Shown here piece by piece: positions 49,986 to 58,633 of a stretch of 64,000 bases of DNA. The notes beneath the pieces were generated by a model that saw nothing but the letters and a program-made list of their open reading frames with translations, was not told the DNA's origin and ran no database searches. The position numbers and the translations under genes were made by a program. This DNA comes from Candidatus Latescibacterota bacterium (GTDB lineage: Bacteria > Latescibacterota > UBA2968 > UBA8231). The stretch's first letter is position 1. Each line of letters starts with the position of its first letter. The stretch is taken from contig OZ241867.1 in NCBI GenBank assembly GCA_965203175.1, positions 2,304,001 to 2,368,000 of the forward strand, in the 5' to 3' direction.

Positions 49986-51065
49986 ATGAATTTAACTAGG
50001 CTGGTTGGGGCGGGTGCGTTGGCCATGCTGACGTGGTGCGCGGCGGCTAACGCGGAATCCCTGACCGTGGTGTCTTGGGGCGGCTCGTATGCGCGCGCCT
50101 GCGTAAAAGGCTATCACGAGGCGTTTACGGAAGAGACAGGCATTGAAGTTCGCTTGGAGGACTACAACGGCGGCCTCGCCCAATTGCGCGCCCAAGTGGA
50201 TGCAGGGGCCGTGCATTGGGACGTGATAGATATGGAACTCGCTGATGCCATGACCGGCTGCGACGAGGGCCTCCTCGAAGTGCTGGACCTCAAGCTGCCT
50301 CCTGGGGCGAATGGCGAATCGCCTGAGGACGACTTCTATCCGGAAGCTATGGGTGAATGCGGCATTGGCACGTTGTTCTACTCGACCGTCTATGCGTACC
50401 ACGCGGAGCATTTTAAAGAGCGCAAACCAGAGACCATTGCCGATTTTTTCGACCTTGAGGCGTTCCCGGGTCGGCGCGGGATGCGGCGCGTACCACTCGT
50501 AAACTTGGAGTTCGCCTTGATGGCCGACGGAGTACCCCGGGACGAGGTGTACGCCACGCTCGACACACCCGAAGGGGTCAATCGCGCCTTCCGCAAGCTC
50601 GACATTATCAAGGATCAGGTGGTTTGGTGGGAGGCCGGCGCGCAGCCGCCACAGATGCTCGCCGATGGCGAAGTGGTGATGACCACGGCGTACAACGGGC
50701 GCATATTCAACGCGCAGGTCTTGGAAAAGCAGCCGTTTACCATCGTCTGGGACGGCCAAGTGCTGGACACGGGCCAGCTCGTCATTGCGGCAGGTGCGCC
50801 GAATTTGGAGGCTGCGCGCAAGTTCCTCACCTTTGCGGCGCGGCCATCGTCCATGGCCGGCGTGGGCCGCCACATCTCCTATGCGCCGGCGCGTCGTTCG
50901 GGCATGGACCTGATCTCGGTCCACGCTGAGACCGGCGAGGAAATGGCTCCGCACATGCCTACGTACCCAGCCAACGCGGCGGGCGCGCTACGCAATGACT
51001 GGCGCTGGTGGAGCGACAACATGGATGAGATGAACGAGCGCTTCAGCGCTTGGCTGGCGCGCTAG
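49986..51065 (+). CDS. ABC transporter substrate-binding protein (PotD-like)
   Basis: LTVVSWGGSY, WDVID, DFFDLEAFPGRR, AYNGR. Confidence 0.9.
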   Translation: MNLTRLVGAGALAMLTWCAAANAESLTVVSWGGSYARACVKGYHEAFTEETGIEVRLEDYNGGLAQLRAQVDAGAVHWDVIDMELADAMTGCDEGLLEVLDLKLPPGANGESPEDDFYPEAMGECGIGTLFYSTVYAYHAEHFKERKPETIADFFDLEAFPGRRGMRRVPLVNLEFALMADGVPRDEVYATLDTPEGVNRAFRKLDIIKDQVVWWEAGAQPPQMLADGEVVMTTAYNGRIFNAQVLEKQPFTIVWDGQVLDTGQLVIAAGAPNLEAARKFLTFAARPSSMAGVGRHISYAPARRSGMDLISVHAETGEEMAPHMPTYPANAAGALRNDWRWWSDNMDEMNERFSAWLAR

Positions 51066-51088
51066 CAGCGGGAAAGGTTGTTCGACAG

Positions 51089-51126
51089 CGGGCCGAGGCA
51101 TCTGCATTTGCCTCGGCCCGTTTTTT
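51089..51126 (+). terminator. Intrinsic terminator
   Basis: CGGGCCGAGGCA/TGCCTCGGCCCG stem followed by T6. Confidence 0.9.
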
Positions 51127-51961
51127 ATAATTCGGCGAAAATCGCCTCTATGTCAGCCGTTTTCTTCCACTTGGCGAATTCTCTGTCCATCTTAGGCGAC
51201 CACTTGCGATCCACTTCCCCGGGCGTGTAGCGGCCGTCGGCAATGCTCTTCTTGCCCCAATAGTCGCGCAGGCGGGTGTTTTCGGAGGATTCCACGACCT
51301 CGCGGGCGTATTGCGGCGGCACGAAAATCACGCCCGTGGGGGTCGCCAGCACGATATCGCCCGGCATACAGGTCGCCTCACCCACTCGCACCGGGCCGTT
51401 GATCTCGGCCATGGTCACCTCGCCGATTGCCGAGGGATGCAGCCCTTTGCAGAGCACGTTGATTGGCAACTGGCGCACGCGGTGATCGTCGCGGATGCCG
51501 CCATCGACGATCAGGCCCGTACCGCCGGTGTTGGCCGCGATTGCCGTGCCGAGATTGTCGCCGATAAAGGTCCCGCGCAGCACCTTGCCGAACAGATCGA
51601 CGACCAATACGTCGTTGGCGACTAAAGTGTCGATGACCCAGCTATTCTGGCCGCCGATCCGACCGTGCCGCTCGCCTTCGGCATTCACGACGCCGTCGAA
51701 GTCGGGCCGGTGCGGGATATAGCGGGCCGTAACCGCGCGGCCGACTAGCACGCGGCTTGGGTGCAGGTTGATCCAGTCGCCTTCGAACTGAAACGCATGT
51801 CCCTTGCCCATCAGCACTCCCCAGGCTTCCTCGACGGTCACCCACTTCATTCGCTCGACGATATCGTCGTCGACTTTGGGCCGCCCGTTGCGAAAGCGCG
51901 GGCCTGTGTACGCGCTCGTTATACTCTTTATTTTGCTCGGTGCGTTGAGTTCAAACGCCAT
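51125..51961 (-). CDS. RraA/HMG aldolase family protein
   Basis: LVGRAVT, GDNL, DGGIRD, PGDIV; GGAG RBS before 51961. Confidence 0.85.
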   Translation of the reverse strand: MAFELNAPSKIKSITSAYTGPRFRNGRPKVDDDIVERMKWVTVEEAWGVLMGKGHAFQFEGDWINLHPSRVLVGRAVTARYIPHRPDFDGVVNAEGERHGRIGGQNSWVIDTLVANDVLVVDLFGKVLRGTFIGDNLGTAIAANTGGTGLIVDGGIRDDHRVRQLPINVLCKGLHPSAIGEVTMAEINGPVRVGEATCMPGDIVLATPTGVIFVPPQYAREVVESSENTRLRDYWGKKSIADGRYTPGEVDRKWSPKMDREFAKWKKTADIEAIFAEL

Positions 51962-51980
51962 GATCGCTCCTTGGAAAAAT

Positions 51981-52017
51981 AAAAAAATGGCCGCGCATCC
52001 TTTGCGGACCGCGACCA
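51981..52017 (-). terminator. Terminator downstream of ssb
   Basis: TGGTCGCG...CGCGGCCA stem followed by T7 on the minus strand. Confidence 0.6.
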
Positions 52018-52067
52018 AGCTAATACATCTCATCCGAGTGTCAACCCGGCGGAATGGTAGAATGGGG

Positions 52068-52490
52068 CTAAAAGGGCAGATCGTCGTGGTTGGGGCCGGC
52101 TGCGGGGGCAGCGGCGAGTTCATGGCCGTTGCCGTTGACCTCAGCGGCCTCGTCGGCCCGCTCTGCACCGAGCATTTTCATGGTGTTGGCGACGATTTCG
52201 GTGGTCTGGCGCTTTTGACCCTGCTGATCTTCCCAAGAGCGCGTTTGCAGCTTGCCCTCGATGTAGACTTTGCTGCCCTTTTTTAGGTACTGACCAGCGA
52301 TTTCGGCGAGGCGCCTCCACAAGACGATGCGGTGCCACTCGGTGCGCTCTTGGCGCTGCCCGTCCTTGTCGTTCCACGACTCGCTGGTGGCCATGCTGAA
52401 GTTGGCGACCTGAGCGCCGCTGGGGGTAAAGCGGGTCTCGGGATCAGACCCTAAGTTGCCGATGAGTAAAACCTTGTTGAGACTCGACAT
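52068..52490 (-). CDS. ssb: Single-stranded DNA-binding protein
   Basis: [36 protein letters not shown] tail. Confidence 0.97.
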   Translation of the reverse strand: MSSLNKVLLIGNLGSDPETRFTPSGAQVANFSMATSESWNDKDGQRQERTEWHRIVLWRRLAEIAGQYLKKGSKVYIEGKLQTRSWEDQQGQKRQTTEIVANTMKMLGAERADEAAEVNGNGHELAAAPAAGPNHDDLPF

Positions 52491-52491
52491 A

Positions 52492-52701
52492 TTATTGCTC
52501 CTCTCGGTTGTGCAGGCTGCGATAATCCTGCGTCCACTCGCTGCGCTGACGGCGCTTGCGCGCTTGGGGCGTCTCAATGCCGTAGCGGCGACAGAGGCGG
52601 CTGAAGCTGCCCGGGGCAATGCCCAAGGCCGAGCCGGCGTCGTGGTTGCTGGCATAGATCCGCGCGGCGCGTTCGATGCGATCTTTGGCGATAGGCGGCA
52701 T
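52492..52701 (-). CDS. Small Fis-like HTH protein
   Basis: AGGAG RBS; [24 protein letters not shown]; basic tail. Confidence 0.7.
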   Translation of the reverse strand: MPPIAKDRIERAARIYASNHDAGSALGIAPGSFSRLCRRYGIETPQARKRRQRSEWTQDYRSLHNREEQ

Positions 52702-52722
52702 GAGTTTCTCCTTTTGTGCCAG

Positions 52723-52866
52723 TTAGGTGAGATAGCGGAAAACGGGAAAGCTCCAGACGACGAAGATTGCTCCTGTACACATCGGCCCCAGTCGGCCAAT
52801 TTGGCGCTGGGCGCGCTTGTTTTTGCTCAACTCTCGTAAGGCGTGAAACGCAAAAATCGGGTTCAT
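52723..52866 (-). CDS. 47-aa small membrane protein
   Basis: AGGAG RBS; [47 protein letters not shown]. Confidence 0.55.
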   Translation of the reverse strand: MNPIFAFHALRELSKNKRAQRQIGRLGPMCTGAIFVVWSFPVFRYLT

Positions 52867-52892
52867 TGCTCTGCTCTCCTATGGCCAGCGTA

Positions 52893-52976
52893 TCAGTTGA
52901 GAAGCGGTTTTACCGCGAATACGAAGAGGCTGACGAGGGCGTACATCAGGCCCTGGCTGATGATCTCGCGTCGCAT
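52893..52976 (-). CDS. 27-aa hydrophobic microprotein
   Basis: AAGGAG RBS; MRREIISQGLMYALVSLFVFAVKPLLN. Confidence 0.55.
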   Translation of the reverse strand: MRREIISQGLMYALVSLFVFAVKPLLN

Positions 52977-53062
52977 GTGGTTTTGCTCCTTGCGATGAGG
53001 TCCTGGGTGCTCGGTTTTCCAACGCAAAAAAGGCCCTTTTTTACTTCGATTACCTGCACAAA

Positions 53063-53091
53063 AAGATAGTAAACATTTGTGTATAAGTCAA
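53063..53091 (-). promoter_or_regulatory. sigma70 promoter with operator-like palindrome
   Basis: TTGACT-17-TATCTT; spacer holds the near-palindrome TAAACA-TT-TGTGTA. Confidence 0.6.
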
Positions 53092-53323
53092 GAAATTTGC
53101 CCCCTTTTTTCGACCCGTTTTACGGGGTTTTTCCCATCTGGCCAAAAAACAATAACTTATTGATATAAAAAAACTTTTTCAGTTTAATAAATTTCTATTA
53201 AAATACGGCTAAACAAGGATTGCCTCGGCCTGCAAACGCGGTAGTGCCCTGCAGTGCTTCGTTTGTTAGATTATGGGCACTAATGGCATAACGGCTATGA
53301 GCCTACGAGAAAGGAGAAAAGCC

Positions 53324-53737
53324 ATGAGTACGGTACTCGTCCACATTGGCGTCCGAGCCACGGACCTCGAAAAAACCATCCGCTTTTGGCGCGACGGCCT
53401 CGGCCTACCCGTGGTCTCGACCCACGGGAGCTGCTACGACCTCAGCGACGGTCACCACAACTTCCGAGTCTTCCAGCACAACGGCCCGGATCGCCCGGCC
53501 CACGTCAGCGGGATGCTCGACTACCTCCACATCGGCGTGCGGGTGCCCGACCTCGAAGAGACCGGCCGCCGCCTATTGGACATGGGCTATGAAATTTTTT
53601 CCGACGGCTTGGGCGGCAAAGAGCCGGTCGATGTCCACAACATCAGCGAAGGGGCCTTTAAGGTCGAAGACCCAGACGGCATTACTGTGGACGTGACGGC
53701 CAGCGACGATCAATGGCCTGGTGCGGTCCTCAAATAG
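53324..53737 (+). CDS. VOC/glyoxalase family protein
   Basis: HIGVRATDLE..FWRDGLGL, HIGVRVPD, EDPDG. Confidence 0.88.
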   Translation: MSTVLVHIGVRATDLEKTIRFWRDGLGLPVVSTHGSCYDLSDGHHNFRVFQHNGPDRPAHVSGMLDYLHIGVRVPDLEETGRRLLDMGYEIFSDGLGGKEPVDVHNISEGAFKVEDPDGITVDVTASDDQWPGAVLK

Positions 53738-53779
53738 CCCGACTACATCTCAATCCTTACCCTGAATCGAGAGGATCTA

Positions 53780-55177
53780 ATGCCAGCCAAAAAGACCAAC
53801 GTCATTCTCTTCGGCATCGACAGCCTGCGCGCCGATCACATGAGCTGCTACGGCTACCACCGCCAAACCACGCCCCATATTGACCGCTTTGCCGCCGATG
53901 CCGTGCTTTTTGAAAAGAACTATTCGGCCCACATTCCCACGACGTCGGCCTACGCCTCTATGCTCACCGGCCTCGATTGTTTCGGCACGAGCGTCGTGGC
54001 CTTGCGCCATCGCGGCGGCTTGCCCAAAAAGATCCGCACCCTGCCCGAGATCCTCCGCAGCAACGGCTACAACACTTCGTGCGTGGGATTCTCGGGCAAC
54101 CCCAGTTCGCGCGGCTTTAACCGCTATTTGGACTACCCAGGTTGGGGATCCTTTGCCGAAGGCCGCAGCCCCAAGGCCGAGAACCTCAATCAAGTCGCCA
54201 TTCCCGAGTTGGAGCGGTTGGCGCGCTCGAAGAAGCCCTTCTTCCTCTTCTTGCGCCACATGGATCCGCACGCCCCCTATCTGCCGCCGGCTCCCTTTGA
54301 GCGGATGTTTTACAGCGGCAACGAATTCGACCCCAAAAACAAGAGCATGGAGCCGGTGTTCAGCTTCAAGCCCTTCTGCGACTTTTTCGCCGATTGGATG
54401 CCGCCTGGGGTACGTGACCGCCACTACGTGGACGCCCAGTACGACGGTGCCGTCGCCTATATGGACGCCTGCATCCAGCGCATTCTCACTCGCGTCGAAG
54501 AGCTGGGCTTGGGCGACAATACCTTAATCGTCATCAACGGCGACCACGGCGAAACTCTGTACGAGCACGAGTGCTGGTACGACCACCACGGCATGTACGA
54601 AAACACGCTGCACGTGCCACTGATCATCCGCCTGCCCGGCAAGTTGCCCCTCGGCAAGCGCGTCGCGGGCACCGCACTACACCAAGATTTGGTGCCCACC
54701 GTGCTCAAGCTCCTCAACATCCGCACGGACATCGCATTCGACGGCCGGTCGCTGCTGCCGCTGATCGCGGGCCAAAAGGCCTCCAACTACTCGGATTTTT
54801 ACATCACGGAATGCACTTGGATGCGCAAGCACGGCTGGCGCACCCCGGAGTGGAAGCTGATGGTCGCGCTAGAGCCGGACTTCCACTTCAAGCCCGAAGT
54901 CGAGCTCTACAACTTGGTCGCCGATCCGCTGGAGTTGAAAAACTTGGCTAAAAAAGAGCCGGGGATTGTTGCTGCTCTGAAGGAGCGGATGGAGGCGTGG
55001 ATCGCCAAGCGCGAGCGGGAGACAGGCGAGATTAACCCGATGTACACCAATTTGCAATGGCACGGCGCGAAGACGCACGAGGGGCCGTTTGAGACTTCGC
55101 AACAGGCGTATGACACGCTGCACATTGGTTCGGTGGGTGCGGCAAACAGATTGCAGGCGGGTAACAAAAAGAAATAG
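53780..55177 (+). CDS. Sulfatase-like alkaline phosphatase superfamily hydrolase
   Basis: IDSLRADH, TTSAYASMLTG, DPHAPY, GDHGE, DHHG. Confidence 0.9.
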   Translation: MPAKKTNVILFGIDSLRADHMSCYGYHRQTTPHIDRFAADAVLFEKNYSAHIPTTSAYASMLTGLDCFGTSVVALRHRGGLPKKIRTLPEILRSNGYNTSCVGFSGNPSSRGFNRYLDYPGWGSFAEGRSPKAENLNQVAIPELERLARSKKPFFLFLRHMDPHAPYLPPAPFERMFYSGNEFDPKNKSMEPVFSFKPFCDFFADWMPPGVRDRHYVDAQYDGAVAYMDACIQRILTRVEELGLGDNTLIVINGDHGETLYEHECWYDHHGMYENTLHVPLIIRLPGKLPLGKRVAGTALHQDLVPTVLKLLNIRTDIAFDGRSLLPLIAGQKASNYSDFYITECTWMRKHGWRTPEWKLMVALEPDFHFKPEVELYNLVADPLELKNLAKKEPGIVAALKERMEAWIAKRERETGEINPMYTNLQWHGAKTHEGPFETSQQAYDTLHIGSVGAANRLQAGNKKK

Positions 55178-55203
55178 TGGCAGCGCCATGCGTTCTTGTG
55201 CAG

Positions 55204-55242
55204 GTTGCGCCCGCTCCCATATTGTCTAGGAGTGGGCGCAAC
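55204..55242. repeat. 14-bp inverted repeat upstream of Uma2 genes
   Basis: GTTGCGCCCGCTCC / GGAGTGGGCGCAAC. Confidence 0.7.
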
Positions 55243-55260
55243 TTATAGAGGAGAGTTACT

Positions 55261-55824
55261 ATGACCACACAACCACAAAACCGCGCCTTCACAGTCAGCG
55301 AATACTATCGCATGGCCGAGGCGGACATTCTCACCGAGGAGGACCGCGTTGAGCTTATCGCCGGGCAGATCGTCGCCATGAGTCCCATTGGTAGCCGCCA
55401 CGCCGCTTGCGTCGATCGGCTGAACAGTCTATTGCATAGCCAGCCAAGGCTAGCCGGTATCGTCCGCGTCCAAAGCCCCATCGCCCTCGACGCGTATTCT
55501 GAACCGGAGCCGGACCTAGTGCTGCTCCGTCCTCGCACCGACTTCTACGCAGAAGCCCATCCGTCGGCGGCCGATGTGCTGCTGGCCGTCGAAGTCGCCG
55601 ATACGTCGGCTGACTACGACCGCGAGGTCAAGCTGCCCCTCTACGCTCAAGCTGGTCTTCCCGAAGTGTGGCTGATCGACCTGCAAAAAGGCCACATCGA
55701 AGTGTACGCCCATCCCGCAGACGGCACTTACCAAGAGACCGTCGAAGTCGCTGCCGACGCTACTCTCACCTCGCCGACAGTAGCCGGCCTAGAACTGGCA
55801 GCCGCCGACGTGTTGGGAGAATAG
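55261..55824 (+). CDS. Uma2 (DUF820) family endonuclease
   Basis: FTVSEYYRM, VELIAG, PEPD, VEVADTS, KLPLYA. Confidence 0.93.
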   Translation: MTTQPQNRAFTVSEYYRMAEADILTEEDRVELIAGQIVAMSPIGSRHAACVDRLNSLLHSQPRLAGIVRVQSPIALDAYSEPEPDLVLLRPRTDFYAEAHPSAADVLLAVEVADTSADYDREVKLPLYAQAGLPEVWLIDLQKGHIEVYAHPADGTYQETVEVAADATLTSPTVAGLELAAADVLGE

Positions 55825-55826
55825 CT

Positions 55827-56387
55827 ATGACCACGCAGCCGCAGAAGCGTCCTTTCACGGTCGGCGAGTACTATCGCATGGCCGAGACTGACATTCTCAC
55901 CGAGGAGGACCGCGTTGAACTTATCGCCGGGCAGATCGTCGCCATGAGTCCCATTGGCAGCCACCACGCCGCTTGCGTAAAACGCCTCAATGTGTTGATG
56001 GGAAAAATGGTCGGGGATTCCATGTTGATCGGCGTCCAAGACCCCATCACCCTCGACGCGTACTCATCCCCCGAACCCGACCTAGTGCTGCTCCGTCCCC
56101 GCGCCGACTTCTACGCAGAAGCCCATCCGTCGGCAGTCGATGTGCTACTAGCCGTCGAAGTCTCCGACACGTCGGCCGACTACGACCGCGAGGTCAAGCT
56201 ACCCCTCTACGCTCAAGCTGGTCTTCCCGAAGTGTGGCTGATCGACCTGCAAAAAGGCCATATCGAAGTGTACGCCCGGCCCCACGGCGGTGCGTACCAA
56301 CAGCGCGTCGAAGTCACAGCCGACGCTACCCTCACCTCGCCGACGATCCCCCAGCTCGCATTGGCCGCCGCTGAGTTGTTAGGCTGA
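55827..56387 (+). CDS. Uma2 family endonuclease (tandem paralog)
   Basis: Same motifs; long near-identical DNA blocks shared with 55261-55824. Confidence 0.93.
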   Translation: MTTQPQKRPFTVGEYYRMAETDILTEEDRVELIAGQIVAMSPIGSHHAACVKRLNVLMGKMVGDSMLIGVQDPITLDAYSSPEPDLVLLRPRADFYAEAHPSAVDVLLAVEVSDTSADYDREVKLPLYAQAGLPEVWLIDLQKGHIEVYARPHGGAYQQRVEVTADATLTSPTIPQLALAAAELLG

Positions 56388-56389
56388 CG

Positions 56390-56446
56390 TTACGCTCCCT
56401 CTTTCCACGCCCAATCTAGCCACGGAACAAGCGCTTCGATGTCGCT
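56390..56446 (-). pseudogene. Displaced serC 3' end
   Basis: Encodes [18 protein letters not shown], matching ser[14 protein letters not shown] at about 58660-58699. Confidence 0.9.
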
Positions 56447-56460
56447 GTCTTGAAATACCT

Positions 56461-58572
56461 ATGATCAATACAGATCAAATCAAAACAGTACGAGCGGTTC
56501 GCGAACTACTTGAAGAAGTAGCTCGTTCTGACAGAAGACTTGTCTATTGGGTTGGCGCAGGAGCAAGTGCATGGGCTGGTTATCCGCTTTGGAATGATCT
56601 TTCTGAGATAGCCCATAAAACTTTCTCACGTTATGAATCGGGTTACGATGCCCAATATGGATTGGAGCTTCTCCAGTCTGGTAATTATCCAACCTTCTTT
56701 GAAAAAATAAAATCTGCTTCTCCTCAGAAATACAATCGACTAATCAAGGATCAATTTACAATACGGGAACCTACTCCTGTTTATAGTAGGTTTTTATCGG
56801 CCGTCTCTTCTATTCAACCAATCCGTCTTATTACCACAAATGTTGACGAGATGCTGGAGAAAGGTTTGGAAGGCGTACAGACAGTACAACGAGATGATAT
56901 TGAGCAAATCTTAGATCTTAATTCTTCAGATAAATCATATCTTCTTAAGCTGCATGGTAGTGTTTCAGACATTGAATCAGTAATTTTTACCAAGTCTGAT
57001 TACGATTCTTTTTGGTGCAGCTCTCGTATCTCCGATATCCTTTCTAAGATAGTCGTCGAGTCCTCGTTAGTATTTGTCGGGTACAGCTTGCAAGACCAGT
57101 CAGTAGTAGAGCTTCTTGAGTGGTCAGATCAACTCCGTAGTCTTCTTGGAGATGGCCCCCACTTCGCAATACTTCCTCAAGATAACACTCAGTTACCTCC
57201 AAGTGTAAGGATTATCGAATACAAACCGATACCTCACAAAGATCACCGAGCCTCGATAACCGTAATTGAGGAATTAGCTGCAGAACGAAAAGGCCAAGCT
57301 CCTGATAATAAACCACAAGAAACAGCTTCAAATTTAATAAGCGCACACCTACTCTTTGATATATTTCCTCCAGGAACTTGGAGTACTTCATCTACTGCGG
57401 AGGCGACCTCTGGCTCTGGTGATGAAATTTCTGTAATTAATGGACTAGGCTTTAAAAGCGATGAACTAGCTACTCGACAATCAACTGCTCTAAATGATTT
57501 GCTAGTTGGTCTCACTTGTTTTGATATTGTTTATGCTCCGTTCACCGCGGTCACAAGACTAATTAAATTACTTGGTGAGCCGCTCTTTATGCATCTCGTG
57601 AAGAAGGATGAACTTCGTTTTATTGATTGGGAACGAAAGTTGGTTCTAGTATTCAGATCTAAGGACACCTTGAGGCGAGGTGAACTCAATCTCATTACAG
57701 TATACGATCACAAAAATGGACCTCCTCTTCAAGCAATAGATCACCTAAAACGTTGGCTTAAACCTCAAACTGGAAAGGAATCTCAAGCAGAAGAAACCGT
57801 CGAAATTATAGCAAACCAAACTATAACTATTAAACAAGAACAAGAACAAGAAATTGTTGGTCGTACTAGAGCATTACTTCTAAGTCCACGTATTAGGGAT
57901 ATGCTTGGTGTGAGCGGAGGAGCTCCTTTAGATCAAATTACACAGTGGAACACATTTCCAGTTCTTCGCCTTGGTCATGTAGTTAAAATTGGCACTGCAT
58001 GTAATTTATTAGGCCTCGCTTCTGCTAAATTAGACTTTGGTTCTAATGGTTTAGCAGGACCAGCTTTTGCTACATCTTTTGGTCAAGAATGGTCTGATTC
58101 AGTTGCGAGTTATGTTTTGTGTGGCACTTTCTCAGAAGATCTCGGTAGGTTAGCAGAATCCGATCCAGCACTCATTGCAGCAGTGCTCAAATTCCGAGAA
58201 TCCGCTGCGGGCTTACGCCTACGCGAAGAGGTGATGAGGCAAATTGCGGCCTCTGAGGGGGCTGAGGTTCGCGCTTCCGTGAATGCAGGTCTTAGGCAAC
58301 TTTTGCCAAGTAGTGTAATGGATCAGGCACGGCGTCAGTTCGTTAATCTATATGTCAGTCCTACAAATTTTCAACAACCGAGAGCGATGTTTTGGAATGA
58401 TACACGTTCAGCGGACCAAGCATTGCGTTTATGGCGCGAACGAAGTCTACGCGAATTGAATGAAATATGCCGTAAAGCCAGTATTTCTCAATATGATCCA
58501 TGTCCTTGTGGTTCTGGAGAGAAGTTAAAATTCTGCTGCGAAGAGTCATTGAGATCTAATTTACAGAATTAA
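56461..58572 (+). CDS. SIR2-domain protein with C-terminal SEC-C motif (putative defence NADase)
   Basis: WVGAGAS..GYPLW, ITTNVD, LKLHGS, FVGYSLQD; YDPCPCGSGEKLKFCC; strongly AT-rich. Confidence 0.88.
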   Translation: MINTDQIKTVRAVRELLEEVARSDRRLVYWVGAGASAWAGYPLWNDLSEIAHKTFSRYESGYDAQYGLELLQSGNYPTFFEKIKSASPQKYNRLIKDQFTIREPTPVYSRFLSAVSSIQPIRLITTNVDEMLEKGLEGVQTVQRDDIEQILDLNSSDKSYLLKLHGSVSDIESVIFTKSDYDSFWCSSRISDILSKIVVESSLVFVGYSLQDQSVVELLEWSDQLRSLLGDGPHFAILPQDNTQLPPSVRIIEYKPIPHKDHRASITVIEELAAERKGQAPDNKPQETASNLISAHLLFDIFPPGTWSTSSTAEATSGSGDEISVINGLGFKSDELATRQSTALNDLLVGLTCFDIVYAPFTAVTRLIKLLGEPLFMHLVKKDELRFIDWERKLVLVFRSKDTLRRGELNLITVYDHKNGPPLQAIDHLKRWLKPQTGKESQAEETVEIIANQTITIKQEQEQEIVGRTRALLLSPRIRDMLGVSGGAPLDQITQWNTFPVLRLGHVVKIGTACNLLGLASAKLDFGSNGLAGPAFATSFGQEWSDSVASYVLCGTFSEDLGRLAESDPALIAAVLKFRESAAGLRLREEVMRQIAASEGAEVRASVNAGLRQLLPSSVMDQARRQFVNLYVSPTNFQQPRAMFWNDTRSADQALRLWRERSLRELNEICRKASISQYDPCPCGSGEKLKFCCEESLRSNLQN

Positions 58573-58610
58573 CAGCCTTCGAAGGCTACAAACGGCAGCC
58601 TTCGAAAGCT
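58573..58610. repeat. Tandem palindromes at 23-bp spacing
   Basis: AGCCTTCGAAGGCT then AGCCTTCGAAAGCT. Confidence 0.7.
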
Positions 58611-58633
58611 TTATTTATTCCAGTTGACAATTC

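Noticed and set aside
49986-51065. Orphan substrate-binding protein as a novelty
   Set aside because: Stand-alone SBPs are common; the permease is probably encoded elsewhere
52068-53069. Prophage remnant around ssb
   Set aside because: No integrase, structural or replication genes, and composition is host-like
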